A model generated the notes under the pieces. That model was not told where the DNA came from, did not search any database, and worked only from the letters and a program-made list of their open reading frames with translations. Shown piece by piece: positions 48,858-62,689 of a stretch of 64,000 nt of DNA (its first letter is position 1; every line of letters begins with the position of its first letter). Made by a program: the position numbers and the translations under genes. The DNA lies in assembly GCF_006345805.1 (NCBI RefSeq), contig NC_043023.1:6200001-6264000 (forward strand). The letters run 5' to 3'. This DNA comes from Octopus sinensis. Taxonomy: Eukaryota.

Positions 48858-49899
48858 GAATATATATATATATATTACACATATATACGGCAGGCTTCTT
48901 TCAGTTTCCGTCTACCAAATCCACTCACAAGGCTTTGGTCGGCCCGAAGCTATAGTAGAAGACACTTGCCAAAGGTGCCACGCAGTGGGACTGAACCCGG
49001 AACCATGTGGTTGGTAAACAAGCTACTTACCACACAGCCACTCCTGCACTGTGTAAGATTTATTAAGGGAAGGCCCTCTTTTTCCAAGTCCTGTTGGGTG
49101 TTATTCGATGATTATCCCCTCTTTTCTCAATTCCATGTTGTGTCTTTTGCTTATCTCTAGTTGAACCTCTGCTTTCTCAGGCAAAAATTCTACCTCAGTA
49201 TCCTGCCTCCAGCTAGTTTCAGGCTATCCCTTCTTCCATCTCCCTGATGAGTTCCAGGTCAGGGCCTGATATGTAAGGTTTCCCCCGAGGGAAGGCCCTC
49301 TTTTCCAAAGTGCTGACATAATTCTGGGGGCCATTCAGGGGCACAAACCACTACAACAAGGACTGGACTTTGTGTTGGACCAGTCGGGTCTCGGTTAAAC
49401 CCTTTGCTCCCTACAGAGCATAGGTCATTAATGATTCTTCTGCTTCCCTTATGAGTTCCAGGTTAGGGTCTGACACATAACACAGGATTCTTTTATTCTT
49501 TTACTTATTTCAGTCATTTGACTGTGGCCATGCTGGAGCACCATCTTGAAAGAAATCAACCCCAGATCTTATTTCTTAAGCCTAGTACTTATTCTATCTT
49601 AGCCTATCAGTGTCTTTTACTGAACCGCTAGGTTTTGGAGATGTAAACACACCAACACCGGTTATCAAATGATGATGAGGGAACAAACAAAGACACACAC
49701 ACATATACATATAAATATGACAGGCTTCTTTCAGTTTCCATTTACCAAATTCACTCACAAGGTTTTGGTCAGTCCGAAGCTATAGTAGAAGACATTTGTC
49801 TAAGGTGCCACATGATGGGACTGAACCTGGAACCATGTGGTTGGGAGATAAGCTTCTTACCACACAGCCATGCCTGTTGGTTTCCTTTCAGATTTTGCT

Positions 49900-50165
49900 G
49901 CACTGTGTAAGGATTTTCTGAGTTGAAGGCCTACTCTCAAACCTTGGTTTTAAAGGGTCAATAATTCTTCTGTAACTTTGCTTTATTCTCGGTAGGGGCG
50001 TTGGCCCTATGCAAACCTATTTTTACCTCTGAGAAGAGGTGATTTATAATAGTGCAACCTTTATCCTTTAACCTGTTCAGCATGGGACATCCTACTAGGA
50101 GATTGTGCTCTCTTAGTTTAGCCCTGCAGACCATTGAGGCACACAACCCACCACACTACGATAAG
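49900..50165 (-). mobile_element. Probable RTE 5'-leader fragment
   Basis: The minus strand reads gggttgtgtgcctcaatgg...ctcctagtaggatgtcccatgctgaacaggttaaagg, resembling RTE leaders as I recall them. Confidence 0.45.
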
Positions 50166-51839
50166 TACTAGACCTTCCAGTGGCAGATGTGGCTGTGTGG
50201 TAAGAAGTTTGCTTCCCAACCACATGGTTCAGTGTTCAATCCCACTGTGTGGCACCTTGGGTCAGTGTCTTACTATAACTTTGTGAATGGATTTGGTAGA
50301 CAGAAATTGAAAGAAACTTACCATATATATATAAAGAAACTTACCATATATATATATATATAATATATATATATATATTATATATACATACATACATACA
50401 TACATACATACATACATACATACATAGGCGCAGGAGTGGCTGTGTGGTAAGTAGCTTGCTAACCAACCACATGGTTCCGGGTTCAGTCCCACAGTGTGGC
50501 ATCTTGGGCAAGTGTCTTCTACTATAGCCTCGGGCCAACCAAAGCCTTGTCAGTGGATTTGGTAGATGGAAACTGAAAGAAGCCTGTCGTATATATGTAT
50601 ATATGTGTATATGTATGTGTGTGTATATGTTTGTGTTTGTCCCCCTAGCATTGCTTGACAACCGATGCTTAGCAGTTCGGCAAAAGAGACCGATAGAATA
50701 AGTACCGGGCTTACAAAGAATAAGTCCCGGGGCAATTTGCTTCGACTAAAGGCAGTGCTCAGCAATGGCGCAGTCAAATGACTGAAACAAGTAAAGAGTA
50801 AAAGAGAGAGAGAGATATATATATATCATCATCATCATCATCACTTAATATTTGTTGCCCATGCTGGCATGGGTTGGACGGTTTGACCAGAGCTGGCAAG
50901 CCAGAGAGCTGCACCAGACTCCAGTCTGATTTGGTATGGTTTCTATGGCTGGATGCCCTTCCTAACACCAGCCACTTAACAGAGTGTACTGGGTGCTTTT
51001 TACGTGGCACCAACACCAGTGCTTTTTTTTTTTTACATGGAACCAGCATCAGGGCTTTTTGACATGGCACCAGTACCCACCCCAATGCTTTTTGACGTAG
51101 CACCAGTACCCAGCCCAATGCTCTTTACACGGCACCTTGGTTTTAAGATCTCAATTCTGTTGTGGTGGATAGGTCTTCTTGAGTACAGCAAAGTACTACA
51201 TTTCTCAGTCCTTGTCATCTTTTGCACAAGATTCAGTGTTTTGAGATCAGCCTCCAAAACTTCATCCCATGTCTTCCAGGGTCTTCTTCTTTCACTGCTC
51301 AGATAAAATATCGGAGTATTTAAACTTATTTTTCATTCAGTGTTCAATTCCTGGTGAAACAACATTTATCTTCCACCTCTCCAAAAATGGTGGAAAGTAG
51401 GGATTGTGATGGAGGCAGGGTAATGAAAAGAAATAAACAACCAGTTCACTTTGGAATCAAGAGGTTGTTGGTTCAATCATCTAACTATGCAGTACTTCAG
51501 CCATGTCTGTACCCACTGTTCCTGAGAGGGTCAAGGTGGGGACAGCCTTTGGACAAGTTTTACATAAGGTCCTATTAGAAGCAACCATCAGTATACTTTC
51601 TGGTCAGTTTCCCAAACATGATCAAATGAGATGAGGGATATCCAAATCATTTCATTCTTAGACTAATTCTAGGTCTTCTGCCAGTTTGGTTTGGCTTGAA
51701 GAATCCATCTTGTGATTCTCTTTCTATGACATTCTAATCACACATCTGTCGTAGGAGAGAACCCAGAATGATGCTGGTGACTGTGAAACCATTTCCTAAA
51801 CCACACAGCTATACTCATGCCGATGTGTGTATGTGAGTG

Positions 51840-52340
51840 TCATCATCATCATCGTTTAACGTCCGTTCTCCATGCTAGCATGGGTTGGACAGTTCGACCG
51901 GGGATCTGGGAAGCCAGAAGGCTGCACCAGGCTCCAGTCTGATCTGGCAGTGTTTCTACAGCTGGATGCCCTTCCTAACGCCAACCACTCCACGAGTGTA
52001 ATTGGTGCTTTTTACGTGCCAGGCGAGGCTGGCAACGGCTACGATCAGATTGGTGCATTTTATGTGCCACCTGCACGGAAGCCAGTCAAGGCAGCGCTGG
52101 CATCGACCACGATTCAGATGGTGCTTTTTATGTGCCACCAGCACAGGGATCACAACTGCAGTTTCCATTGATTTTGATGTTGGTGGACTTGACTCAATGG
52201 ATCTCCTCAAGCACAGGGTTGAAATAGTGTTTCTTCACTTGCCACCTGCACAGGAGTCAGTCCAGCAGTCCTAGCAACTGCTGGGTGCCAGTCATAGGAT
52301 TGGTTCAATTTCGATTCCGATTTCACTTGCCCCAACAGGT
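51840..52340 (-). mobile_element. RTE 3'-UTR copy (family C)
   Basis: Reverse complement of the 30850-31380 UTR, with the TGA tail. Similar pieces occur at 28300-29260, 44733-44970, 50825-51250 and 62510-62700. Confidence 0.85.
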
Positions 52341-52752
52341 CTTCGCAAGCAGACCTGTTGTGTATTCATTTATCTTACATCTGTTTTTCTATGCTGGCAA
52401 GGGTTGGACGGATACGTATTTGAAATGGTATTTTTTAACCAGACATGCTCTTTCTGTTACAAACCCTTACCTGTGTAAAGGATTTGTTGTTATTATTATC
52501 ATTCTACACTTCTGTCTTGGGAGTTACTCAGTGCTTTTGCCAGTGCATCCAGTTCACTCTATAAAGTGGTTGGCGTTAGGAAGGGCATCCAGCCGTAAAA
52601 ACCCATGCCAAAACAGTGAAGCCCAGTGCAGTCTTCTTGCTAGCTAGCTCCAGTCAAACCGTTCAACCCATGCTGGCGTGGGTTAAATGATGATGATCTG
52701 TGAGCGGGAAGAGTTACAGGGAACGTAAACATAACATCACCATTTTGCTTAC

Positions 52753-52784
52753 ATGGTGTATTGTGACGACGCAGAATGTCAACA
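52753..52784 (-). other. Candidate 32-nt micro-exon
   Basis: The minus strand reads tgtttgtttttctctag|TGTTGACATTCTGCGTCGTCACAATACACCAT|gtaagc, with a ctgat branch-like motif upstream, in a non-repeat island. Confidence 0.45.
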
Positions 52785-53003
52785 CTAGAGAAAAACAAAC
52801 ATATTTACCCGTGTAAATATACAATCAGAGCCATGTTTACATACAGGAGTGGCTGTGTGATAAGTAGCTTGCTAACCAACCACATGGTTCCGGGTTCAGT
52901 CCCACTGTGTGGCACCTTGGGCAGGTGTCTTCTGCTATAGACTCGGGCCGACCAAAGCATAGTGAGTGGATTTAATAGACGGAAACTGAAAGAAGCCGTC
53001 GTA

Positions 53004-53034
<31 letters not shown>

Positions 53035-53039
53035 TATAT

Positions 53040-53070
<31 letters not shown>

Positions 53071-53275
53071 TTGTCGGGCCCAGCATTGCTTGACAACCGA
53101 GGCTGGTGTGTTTATGTCCCCGTTACTTAGCGGTTCGACAAAAGAGACCAATAGAATAAGTACTGGGCTTACAAAGAATAAGTCCTGGGGTCGAGTTGCT
53201 CGATTAAAGGCGGTGCTCCAGCATGGCCGCAGTCAAATGACCGAAACAAGTAAAAGAGTAAAGAGAGAGAGTTAC

Positions 53276-53299
53276 CTGTTCCATGTGTGTATGAAAAAT
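53276..53299 (-). other. Candidate 24-nt micro-exon
   Basis: The minus strand reads ttctgttttctgcttggaaatttgcag|ATTTTTCATACACACATGGAACAG|gtaact. Confidence 0.4.
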
Positions 53300-56200
53300 C
53301 TGCAAATTTCCAAGCAGAAAACAGAATCGAACTGTCATTTGCTTCCCGGAATACCCGAAGTGAAGTGTTTTGTATTTGTTGACTTATATCGAAAGAATGC
53401 TATCTTCATAATCACATACGTGAATACACGATTGTATTTACACACACAAATAAAATAAACGCACAATTAGTCACATTTTGAACAAGGGTACATGTTCACA
53501 AACAGAATACAACCCTCACACAAAAGGACATGTTCACATGTACATACAGAGGCATTTACAGACATGACCACTGATATTTGCACACATATATATTACACAG
53601 AGATTATAATCACACACAGACAATCACACAAACATACACGCAGGCGTGATTGTGCAGTAAGAAGCTTGCTTCCCAACAACATGGTTCCGGGTTCAGTCCA
53701 AGCATGGCACCTTGAGCAAGTGAGTTCTACTATAGCCTTGGACCAACGAAAGCCTTGTGAGTGGATTTGGTAGACGGAAATTGAATGAAGCCTCATCATA
53801 TATGTGTGTGTATCTTTGTGTCTGTGTTTGTTCCCCACCAGCGCTTGACAACCGGTGTTGGTGTGGTTATATCCCCATAACTTAGCGATTCGGCAAAAGA
53901 GACCGTTAGACTAAATACCAGACAGAAAAAAATACTGGGGTCGATTTGTTCGACTAAAATTCTTCAAGGCAGTGCTACAGCATAGCCACAGTCTAATGAC
54001 AGAATCAAGTAAAAGATATTAAAGTCACACACACACACCACAAGGCAGAATACAGTAACACCTCACTTTACGAGTTTTATTTTTCAAGCATAAGATTCAA
54101 ACTTTGAACGAAGTACAAAAGTGTCTGCTTGTTACCGAGAAATAGAGAGTGATAAAAAGAAAAAGCTTCTTCTAAGAAAACAACTCTAGACTTTAAGTCG
54201 CAGGAGTGGCTGTGTTGTAAGTAGCTTGTTTACCAACCACATAGTTCCGGGTTCAGTCCCACTGCGTGGCACCTTAGGCAGATGTCTTCTACTATAGCCT
54301 CGGGCCGACCAAAGCCTTGTGAGTGGATTTGGCTGACGGAAACTGAAAGAAGCCCGTCGTATATATATATATGTGTGTGTGTGTGTATGTTTGCTTGACA
54401 ACCGATGCTGGTGTGTTTATGTCCCCGTTACTTAGAGGTTCGGCAAAAAGAGACCGATAGAATAAGTACTGGGCTCCCAAAGAATAAGTCCCGGGGTCGA
54501 TTTACTCGATTAAAGGCGGTGCTCCAGCATGGCCGCAGTCAAATGACTGAAACAAGTAAAAGAGTAAACTATATTTTCTGGGAACGAATCACGGTTTATA
54601 ACATTGCTTCTATGAGAAATTATTGCTCTGCTTTTACGAGAGGCATTTCTGTTATAGACAACGACAGGCGCAGGAGTGGCTGTGTGGTAAGTAGCATGGT
54701 TGTGGGTTTAGTCACACTGCGTGGCACCTTGGGCGAGTGTCTTCTACTATAGCCTCGGGCCGACCAAGCCTTGTGAGTGGATTTGGTAGACGGAAACTGA
54801 AAGAAGCCCGTCGTATATATGTATATATATATATATGCGTGTTTGTGTGTCTGTGTTTGACAACCGATGCTGGTGTGTTTATGTCCCCGTTACTTAGCGG
54901 TTCGGCAAAAAGAGACCGATAGAATAAGTACTGGGCTTACAAAAGAATAAGTCCAGGGGTTGATTTGCTTGACTAAAGAGGCGGTGCTCCAGCATGGCCG
55001 CAGTCAAATGAGAGATTCGTAGAAACAAACAAAAGACGGCTCTCGGTCGCAAAATGAAACCTAATACAAACGTTTAATACAAGCGTGACTAATACTTCCG
55101 CCCTCAACCACCACCAGTGACATAATTGAATACACACACACACACATATATATACACACATACTATACATACATACGCACTATATACAAGTACAAAATTT
55201 TAAACCGGTTTAGAAACTACAAAGAACATTGTTATACAAAGGGGTGGCTGTGTGGTTCGGGGTTCAATCCCACAACGTGGCACTTGGGCAAGCGTGTCCC
55301 ATAGTATTGGGCCGAGCAAACATGTAAGTAGATTTGGTAGATGGAAACTGAAAGAAGCCCGTCCTCTGTGTGTATGTGTGCGCGCGCGCGATTGCCCGCC
55401 CACACCACCACAACTCCCCTATCGCTTGAAAACCGGTGTTGGTTCCTTTACGTCCCCATAATCTAGCGGTTCGACAAACAATACTTGAAAAAGTAAGTAC
55501 CAGGATGAAAAAAGAGACAAACTCTGGGGTCGATTCTTCAAAGTGGTGCCCCAGCCTGGCCACACGGACCGAAACCAGTAAAAGATATATATACGCTCAC
55601 ACACACACACTCGAATACTCTTTACTCTTTTAATTGTCTCAGTCATTTGACTGCGGCCATGCTGGAGCACCGCCTTTTTAATCGAGCAACTCGACCGTGG
55701 GACTTATTCTTTTGTAAGCCCAGTACTTATTCTATCGGTCTCTTCTGCCGAACCGCTAGGTAACGGGGACATAAACACACGAGCATCGGTTGTCCAGCAA
55801 TGCTAGGGGGGACAAACACAGACACACAAACACACACATATATATATATATATACATATACGACAGGCTTCTTTCAGTTTCCGTCTACCAAATCCACTCA
55901 CAAGGCATTGGTCGGCCCGGGGCTATAGCTGAAGACACTTGCCCAAGATGCCACGCAGTGGGACTGAACCCGGAACCATGGGGTTGGTAAGCAAGCTACT
56001 TACCACACAGCCACTCCTGCGCCTATTTATATATATATTTAACATATATACGACGGGCTTCTTTCAGTTTCCATCTACCAAATCCACTCACAAGGCTTTG
56101 GTCGGCCCGAGGCTACAGTAGAAGACACTTGCCCAAGGTGCCACGCAGTGGGACTGAACCCGGAACCATGCGGTTGGTAAGCAAGCTACTTACCACACAG

Positions 56201-56399
56201 CCACTCCTGCGAATGTATATTTAAATGGACGTTTGGAGAAACGGTACCCGTTAAAGTTATCAAACTGTTACCAAAATCAATACGTCCCGAACATGTTCAG
56301 GATAGCTCTGTCCTACTTATATTATATCAGCTCACTGTTTTTATATTAAAGTTTCTGTCACTCCAAACTGCTTCAAGTACCTATATAGCAATCAATCAA

Positions 56400-56432
56400 T
56401 CAACCCGTATGAATACGGGTTGATTATATATA

Positions 56433-56470
<38 letters not shown>

Positions 56471-56944
56471 GTATATATGTTCATATACATACATACACCA
56501 CACACAGAAAAAAATTTAAAGTGTTTTACAAGATTTTCTGCAACAGTTTACAGACAAATGCAGTTCTAATATTTGTATATACACCGCTATATACATACAT
56601 ACATACACAATACAAACATATATACTTGCATATGATGAAATACATTTGTTCAAACGGCTTAACACAGAAATATATACACCTGTATATATACATAGGCAGA
56701 TCTGTTGTTATACACACTGATATATTTGTATATAGCTTTATACTTTTGTACAGATGTAGTTATATGTAACAAACATTTATATATTCAGCATGTGTGGTGT
56801 GTGTATACACTCGCATTTGTATATGGTTTAATGCGTTTATACAGATATATAACACATTTATATACCCAGCTCACAGATAGATAGATAGATAGATACACAA
56901 AAATGTATACACATTTTTATATAGATTTTAGTTGATACAGAAAG

Positions 56945-56987
<43 letters not shown>

Positions 56988-57028
56988 TATATATACACAC
57001 ACACATATATATATACACACACACACAC

Positions 57029-57059
<31 letters not shown>

Positions 57060-57204
57060 CACACATACATATATATACTTGCATATGATGAAATACATTT
57101 GTTCAAACAGTTTAACACAGAGAAATATATACACCTGTATATACATAGGCAGATCTGTTGTTATACACACTGACAAATTTGTATATAGCTTTATACTTTT
57201 GTAC

Positions 57205-57249
<45 letters not shown>

Positions 57250-57295
57250 CACACACACCAAACCACACTAACATATACTCAGCTATGTATGTATG

Positions 57296-57340
<45 letters not shown>

Positions 57341-58646
57341 TATACATACATACACATATACATACACAGAGTATTCAGCAATGAGTCAGTTTTAAGTTGC
57401 GGTTGGTGCTGGCAAACAGCTACACTAACTTTGTGATTATGTCCTTAGGGTGTGTTAACACATTAGAATGTTCTGTGTAAATTAACAGCAATTAATGAGC
57501 TACTATATAATTACGAAACACTTCTATCATGAAACACCACACACACACGTACGCGCGCGCGTGTATTGTATTCTAAGAAAGCAAGTCGGGAAAAAATAGG
57601 CACTCGTATATTTGTCAATAGAATGGGTATATTAATGATAAAATCAGCCTGAAAGACGGGCTGAGAGAGAGAGACAGACAGAGATATATAGATAGATAGA
57701 AAGACAGACAGACAGACAGACAGATAGATAGATAGACAGACAGATAGATAGACAGACAGATAGAGAGATAGACAGACAGACAGATAGATAGATAGAGAGA
57801 TAGATAGACAGACAGATAGATAGACAGACAGATAGATAGATAGAGAGATAGATAGACAGACAGATAGATAGATAGAGAGATAGATAGACAGACAGATAGA
57901 TGGACAGATAGATAGATGGACAGATAGATAGACAGACAGACAGATAAATAGACAGATAGATAGACATACAAATAGATAGATAGATAGACAGACAGACGGA
58001 TATATAGATAGATAAATAGACAGACAGATAGATAAATAGATAGACAGACAGATAGACAGTTACCAGACAGACAGATGCTAGATAGATAAAAAGACAGATA
58101 GTAGATGGATAGACAGAGATACTATACAGACAAACGGATAAATAGATACTAGATAGACATAGATAAACAGGCAGATGCATTGGTAGGCAGACAGATATAA
58201 TATATGTATATATTATATATGCATATATATATATATATACACCACTGTGTGTACGGGTGGGTTTCTAAGCATATATGTTGTGTATAATGAACATAATTAA
58301 AGGGTGCTTAACTCTACTTCCTAAAGTATTGGGAAATAATTTTTGTATATGCTTAGACCTTGTTCATACAAACAAGCATACATACATACACATATGTATG
58401 TATGTGAGTGTATATATATATGCATACATACATACGAAGCAATCGATTGTGTATGTGCATATATATTACATAGGGCTATATATACAAAGCTAATGTATAG
58501 GTGTGTATACATATGTGTTTCTGTGGAGGCGTTTTTGTCCGTATCTATTTGTATAAGAATATAAACCATGTTTGAGGACGTATGCATCACTGCTAACAAC
58601 ACTAGGAAGCTACAGTTACGTGTGTGTGTGTGTGTATGTATGTATA

Positions 58647-58686
<40 letters not shown>

Positions 58687-58916
58687 CATACATACACGTG
58701 CATATCTATTACATATACAAAGCAAACGTATATATGTAGGCACACGATATAAATATATATGTGTGGGTATATGCAGGCGTTTTTGTCCGTATCTATATGT
58801 ATGTGTTATGAGTAAATATATTTCAATGTGTATATATTACTAACAACACCAGGAAAATAATTTTGTGTGTACGTATAATATACATACAAACATTGTGTGT
58901 GTGTATATATACATAC

Positions 58917-58963
<47 letters not shown>

Positions 58964-59920
58964 CATATACACACACACACACATATATATACATATACAC
59001 ACACACATATATACATATACACACACATACATATACACACACACATACATATACACACATACATATACATATACACACACATACATATACATATACACAC
59101 ACACATACACATATATACATATACACACACATACACATATATATACATATACACACACATACACATATATATACATATACACATACACATATATACATAT
59201 ACACATACACATATATACATATACACACACATACATATATATACATATACACACACACACATACATATATATACATATACACACACACATACATATATAT
59301 ACATATACACACACACATATACATACATATATATATACACACATACGTACAAAGGGAAAAATATTATTATTGTGTGTGTATATATACACACATACATAAG
59401 CGCATGTACACACACATTTAGCTATATGCATAGCCATCGGATATCGATTAGTAACACACACATATATATATACATACATACATATATATAAATATATATA
59501 TATACCGCAATATAAACAAAATTCTACACCTACCTGTCTTCATGAAATAGTGTATCTCAGGTGACAGATTAAAAACGGTCCTTTTTGTCACTATCAACAC
59601 ACGCATTTAAATATAAATATGTATGTATCAAGACAGTGTCAGTCACATACAGATATATACTTATATATATACATATGTATACATACGTGCATATATATAA
59701 ATATATAGTATGTGTTTATGAATGTGTACCAGGATATGTCAATAATAAATAGTAATATATGTATTTAGATATATATAAATATATATATATAAACAGATTT
59801 ATATATATATATATATATATATATATGACTATATATACCAGTGTCTGTATATAAATAGATAGATATATACAACTATATATCTATATATATATACATATGT
59901 ATATATCCAGGGACTTTAGG
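56400..59920. repeat. Microsatellite-dense block: (TA)n, (CA)n, (TACA)n and (GATA/GACA)n
   Basis: Direct inspection. GATA/GACA runs at about 57660-58160 and TACA-type runs at about 58900-59350. Confidence 0.9.
59534..59590 (-). other. Candidate small exon (57 nt, or 22 nt with an alternative acceptor)
   Basis: Strong donor GACAG|gtaggt at 59534/59533. The acceptors gttgatag (59591) and cacctgag (59556) are weaker. Confidence 0.3.
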
Positions 59921-59939
59921 CAGTGCGAGATGTGGTGTG

Positions 59940-60230
59940 AGTAAGACACTGTGGGGGAGAAGGAGGAGGAGTGAAACTAAGGAGACGGTGTTACCTCAAT
60001 TAGTTCTACTTCCTGTTAAAGGCCACTTGGCATTCTGGGAGTGACGTAATGCACACATCACGGTTGGCTGGGTTTTTATTTGTTTGTTGTTGATTGCTTT
60101 TTTTAATTTTTTTTTTTATTTTGTTTTGTTCTGTAGTTTCTCTTATTTTCTGTTTGTTAATTTTGTTTTAAATTTGAAATTTCTTTTTTTTTTTGCGCTG
60201 ACTTGTGGACGGTTGGGTGGGTGGCTAGAT
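59940..60230. promoter_or_regulatory. Non-repetitive island with CRE/ATF-like and ETS-like motifs, a possible promoter or first exon on the minus strand
   Basis: TGACGTAA at 60042-60049, acttcctg at 60008-60015 and a minus-strand donor GAG|gtaaca at 59995. Motif matches only. Confidence 0.25.
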
Positions 60231-60426
60231 GAATGAGTAAGGAGATAGAATAGAATAAAAATACATACAAACTGGAAGATTGTTAAATAGACAAACACAC
60301 TGATAAATTTGATTGATAGGTAGAAACAGACTGACAGACAGATAGATTGATAGACAGCCCAAGAGATAGAACGACAGGTATATATATTTATATAGATAGA
60401 TAGCTAGAACAACAGATAGAAAGACA

Positions 60427-60467
<41 letters not shown>

Positions 60468-61002
60468 CTTCATGAAAGTTAGAAGTTGTGAATCCAACCC
60501 ACTAAGGGTTATATCTATCGAATATACTGCTGGTAGAATACCCAATTATTAATACACAAGTGTTTTTTCATTGCATTGCAATTACCTAGTGTATTAAATG
60601 GGTGAAGGTAAAGAGATATTTTACCATTAATTTCTAGAGCAATAAGAAAATAGAGGGGATCAATAGGTGGTTCATCAACTTTTAGACATTATATTATGTT
60701 AACTTATTTATTTATTTACTAAACTGATAATTACAATATATTATTGTATGTATATTATTGAGTGTATATATCAATCAATTTATAGTCTATGTAGGTATCT
60801 ATCTGTCTATATCTATATGTGCATTTCTATCTGTTGATCTATCTATCTATCTCTCTGTCTGTCTGTCTGTCTCTCTCTCTATTTATCTATCTATCACTCT
60901 CTCTCTGTCTCTATCTATCTATCTATCTATCTACCTATCTATCTGCCTGCTTGCCTGTCTATCTATCTTTCTTTTGTTATCTTACCGATTTTACCAATAT
61001 AT

Positions 61003-61037
<35 letters not shown>

Positions 61038-61150
61038 TATACATATATACATACATAGACAGACTAGCAGATAAAAAGACAGATATCTATAGTTAGATAG
61101 ATGGACCAGCAGATAGATAGACAGGCAAGCAGGCCGATAGATAGGTAGAC

Positions 61151-61189
<39 letters not shown>

Positions 61190-61904
61190 GACAGAGAGAG
61201 TGATAGATAGATAGAGACTATAAATTGATTGATATATACACACATGCATACATATGAGCATGTCTAGACATGCAACTATATGCATGAGAATACATACACA
61301 CATAAAACAAAATATAAATCTGCATGTATACATACATCCATACAAAAATATTCTGCTGATGTTGAACTTCCAATGAAGAAACATTGAGTCTAGGTTAGAA
61401 ACCAGCTCTTTCTCTATTGGTAAGAAATCTTGAAGTAAAACTGAATAACGACATTCATAGACTCACAGACATTGAAATATATGTTATAGATAAGCAGTAC
61501 CTCAATGTGGCACCCTACTGATAGCTACATTGACTGTACCCCTCTCAAGTTCCCACATACAGCTAAGTGGATTGCATCTCACTGGGATGTTTTTTCATAT
61601 GGTATCTGTCACTCATCCAAACTTATATTCGTGAATTTGGTTGAATTTGGCATTGCCAAAGGTCTCGATCATTTGTTATTGCCTCCGTGAGGCCCAATGT
61701 GTGACTGATACTTTTTATGAGCACTCATGCAGGTGGCATGGAAGAAGCACCTTTCAAACGTTGGGCCTCACAGAGGCAATCACAAATGACCAAGATCTTT
61801 GGCAATATGCAGTGCTTGCAAAGAAGACCCATCAATGCAAGCGAAATCATAGTCGGGGCAGATACTGGTGTCATTCTGAAAAGTGTCATACTGGAAAAGG
61901 CGGC

Positions 61905-62500
61905 AAGTTGGCAGAAACGTTAGCACGCCAGGCAAAATGCTTAGCGGTATTTCATCTGCCGTTATGGTCTGAGTTCAAATTCCACTGAGGTCGACTTAAT
62001 CCATTTTTCTGTCCTTGTTTGTCCCCTATGCGTTTAGCCCCTTGTGGGCAATAAAGAAATAGGTATTTCGTCTGCCGCTACGTTCTGAGTTCAAATTCCA
62101 CCGAGGTCGACTTTGCCTTTCATCCTTTCAGGATCGATAAATTAAGTACCAGTTACGCACTGGGGTCGATGTAATCGACTTAATCCATTTGTCTGTCCTT
62201 GTTTGTCCCCCTCTGTGTTTAGCCCCTTGTGGGTAGTAAAGAAATAGGTATTTCGTCTGCCGTTACATTCTGAGTTCAAATTCCACCGAGGTCGACATAC
62301 CACCCATGTTTCCTAAGGTAAATAATCCAAACTTCTAAGAATTCTTTTCAACACATGGCTATGATGCTTTACATGAACTTTCGGGGTCAATGAATTAAGT
62401 ACCAGTTATACACTGGTGTCGATGTAATCGACTTAATCTCCTTGTCTGTTCTTGTTTGTCCCCCCCTATGTTTAGCCCCTTGTGGGCAATAAAGAAATAA
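61905..62500 (+). mobile_element. SINE family B multimer, partly deleted
   Basis: Junctions gaaataggtatttcgtctgcc at about 62058 and 62244. Confidence 0.85.
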
Positions 62501-62689
62501 GATACTGGTGCCATGCAATTTGAACCCATGCTGGTGGTACACAAAAGCACCCACTACACTCTCGGAGTAGTTGGTGTTAGGGAGGGCATCCAGCCATAGA
62601 AACTATGCTGAATCAGACTGGAGTCTGGTGCAGCCCCTCAGCTTACAAGCCCTGGTCAAACTGTCCAAGCCATTCTAGCATGGACAACA

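Noticed and set aside
49240-49300. ctgatgagttcc hammerhead-like core
   Set aside because: No GAAA or NUH is correctly placed, and the sister copy reads cttatgag.
58806-59491. Long Y/I/H/T and C/V/Y/M ORFs (also 24440-25004 and 57615-58180)
   Set aside because: These are microsatellite translations.
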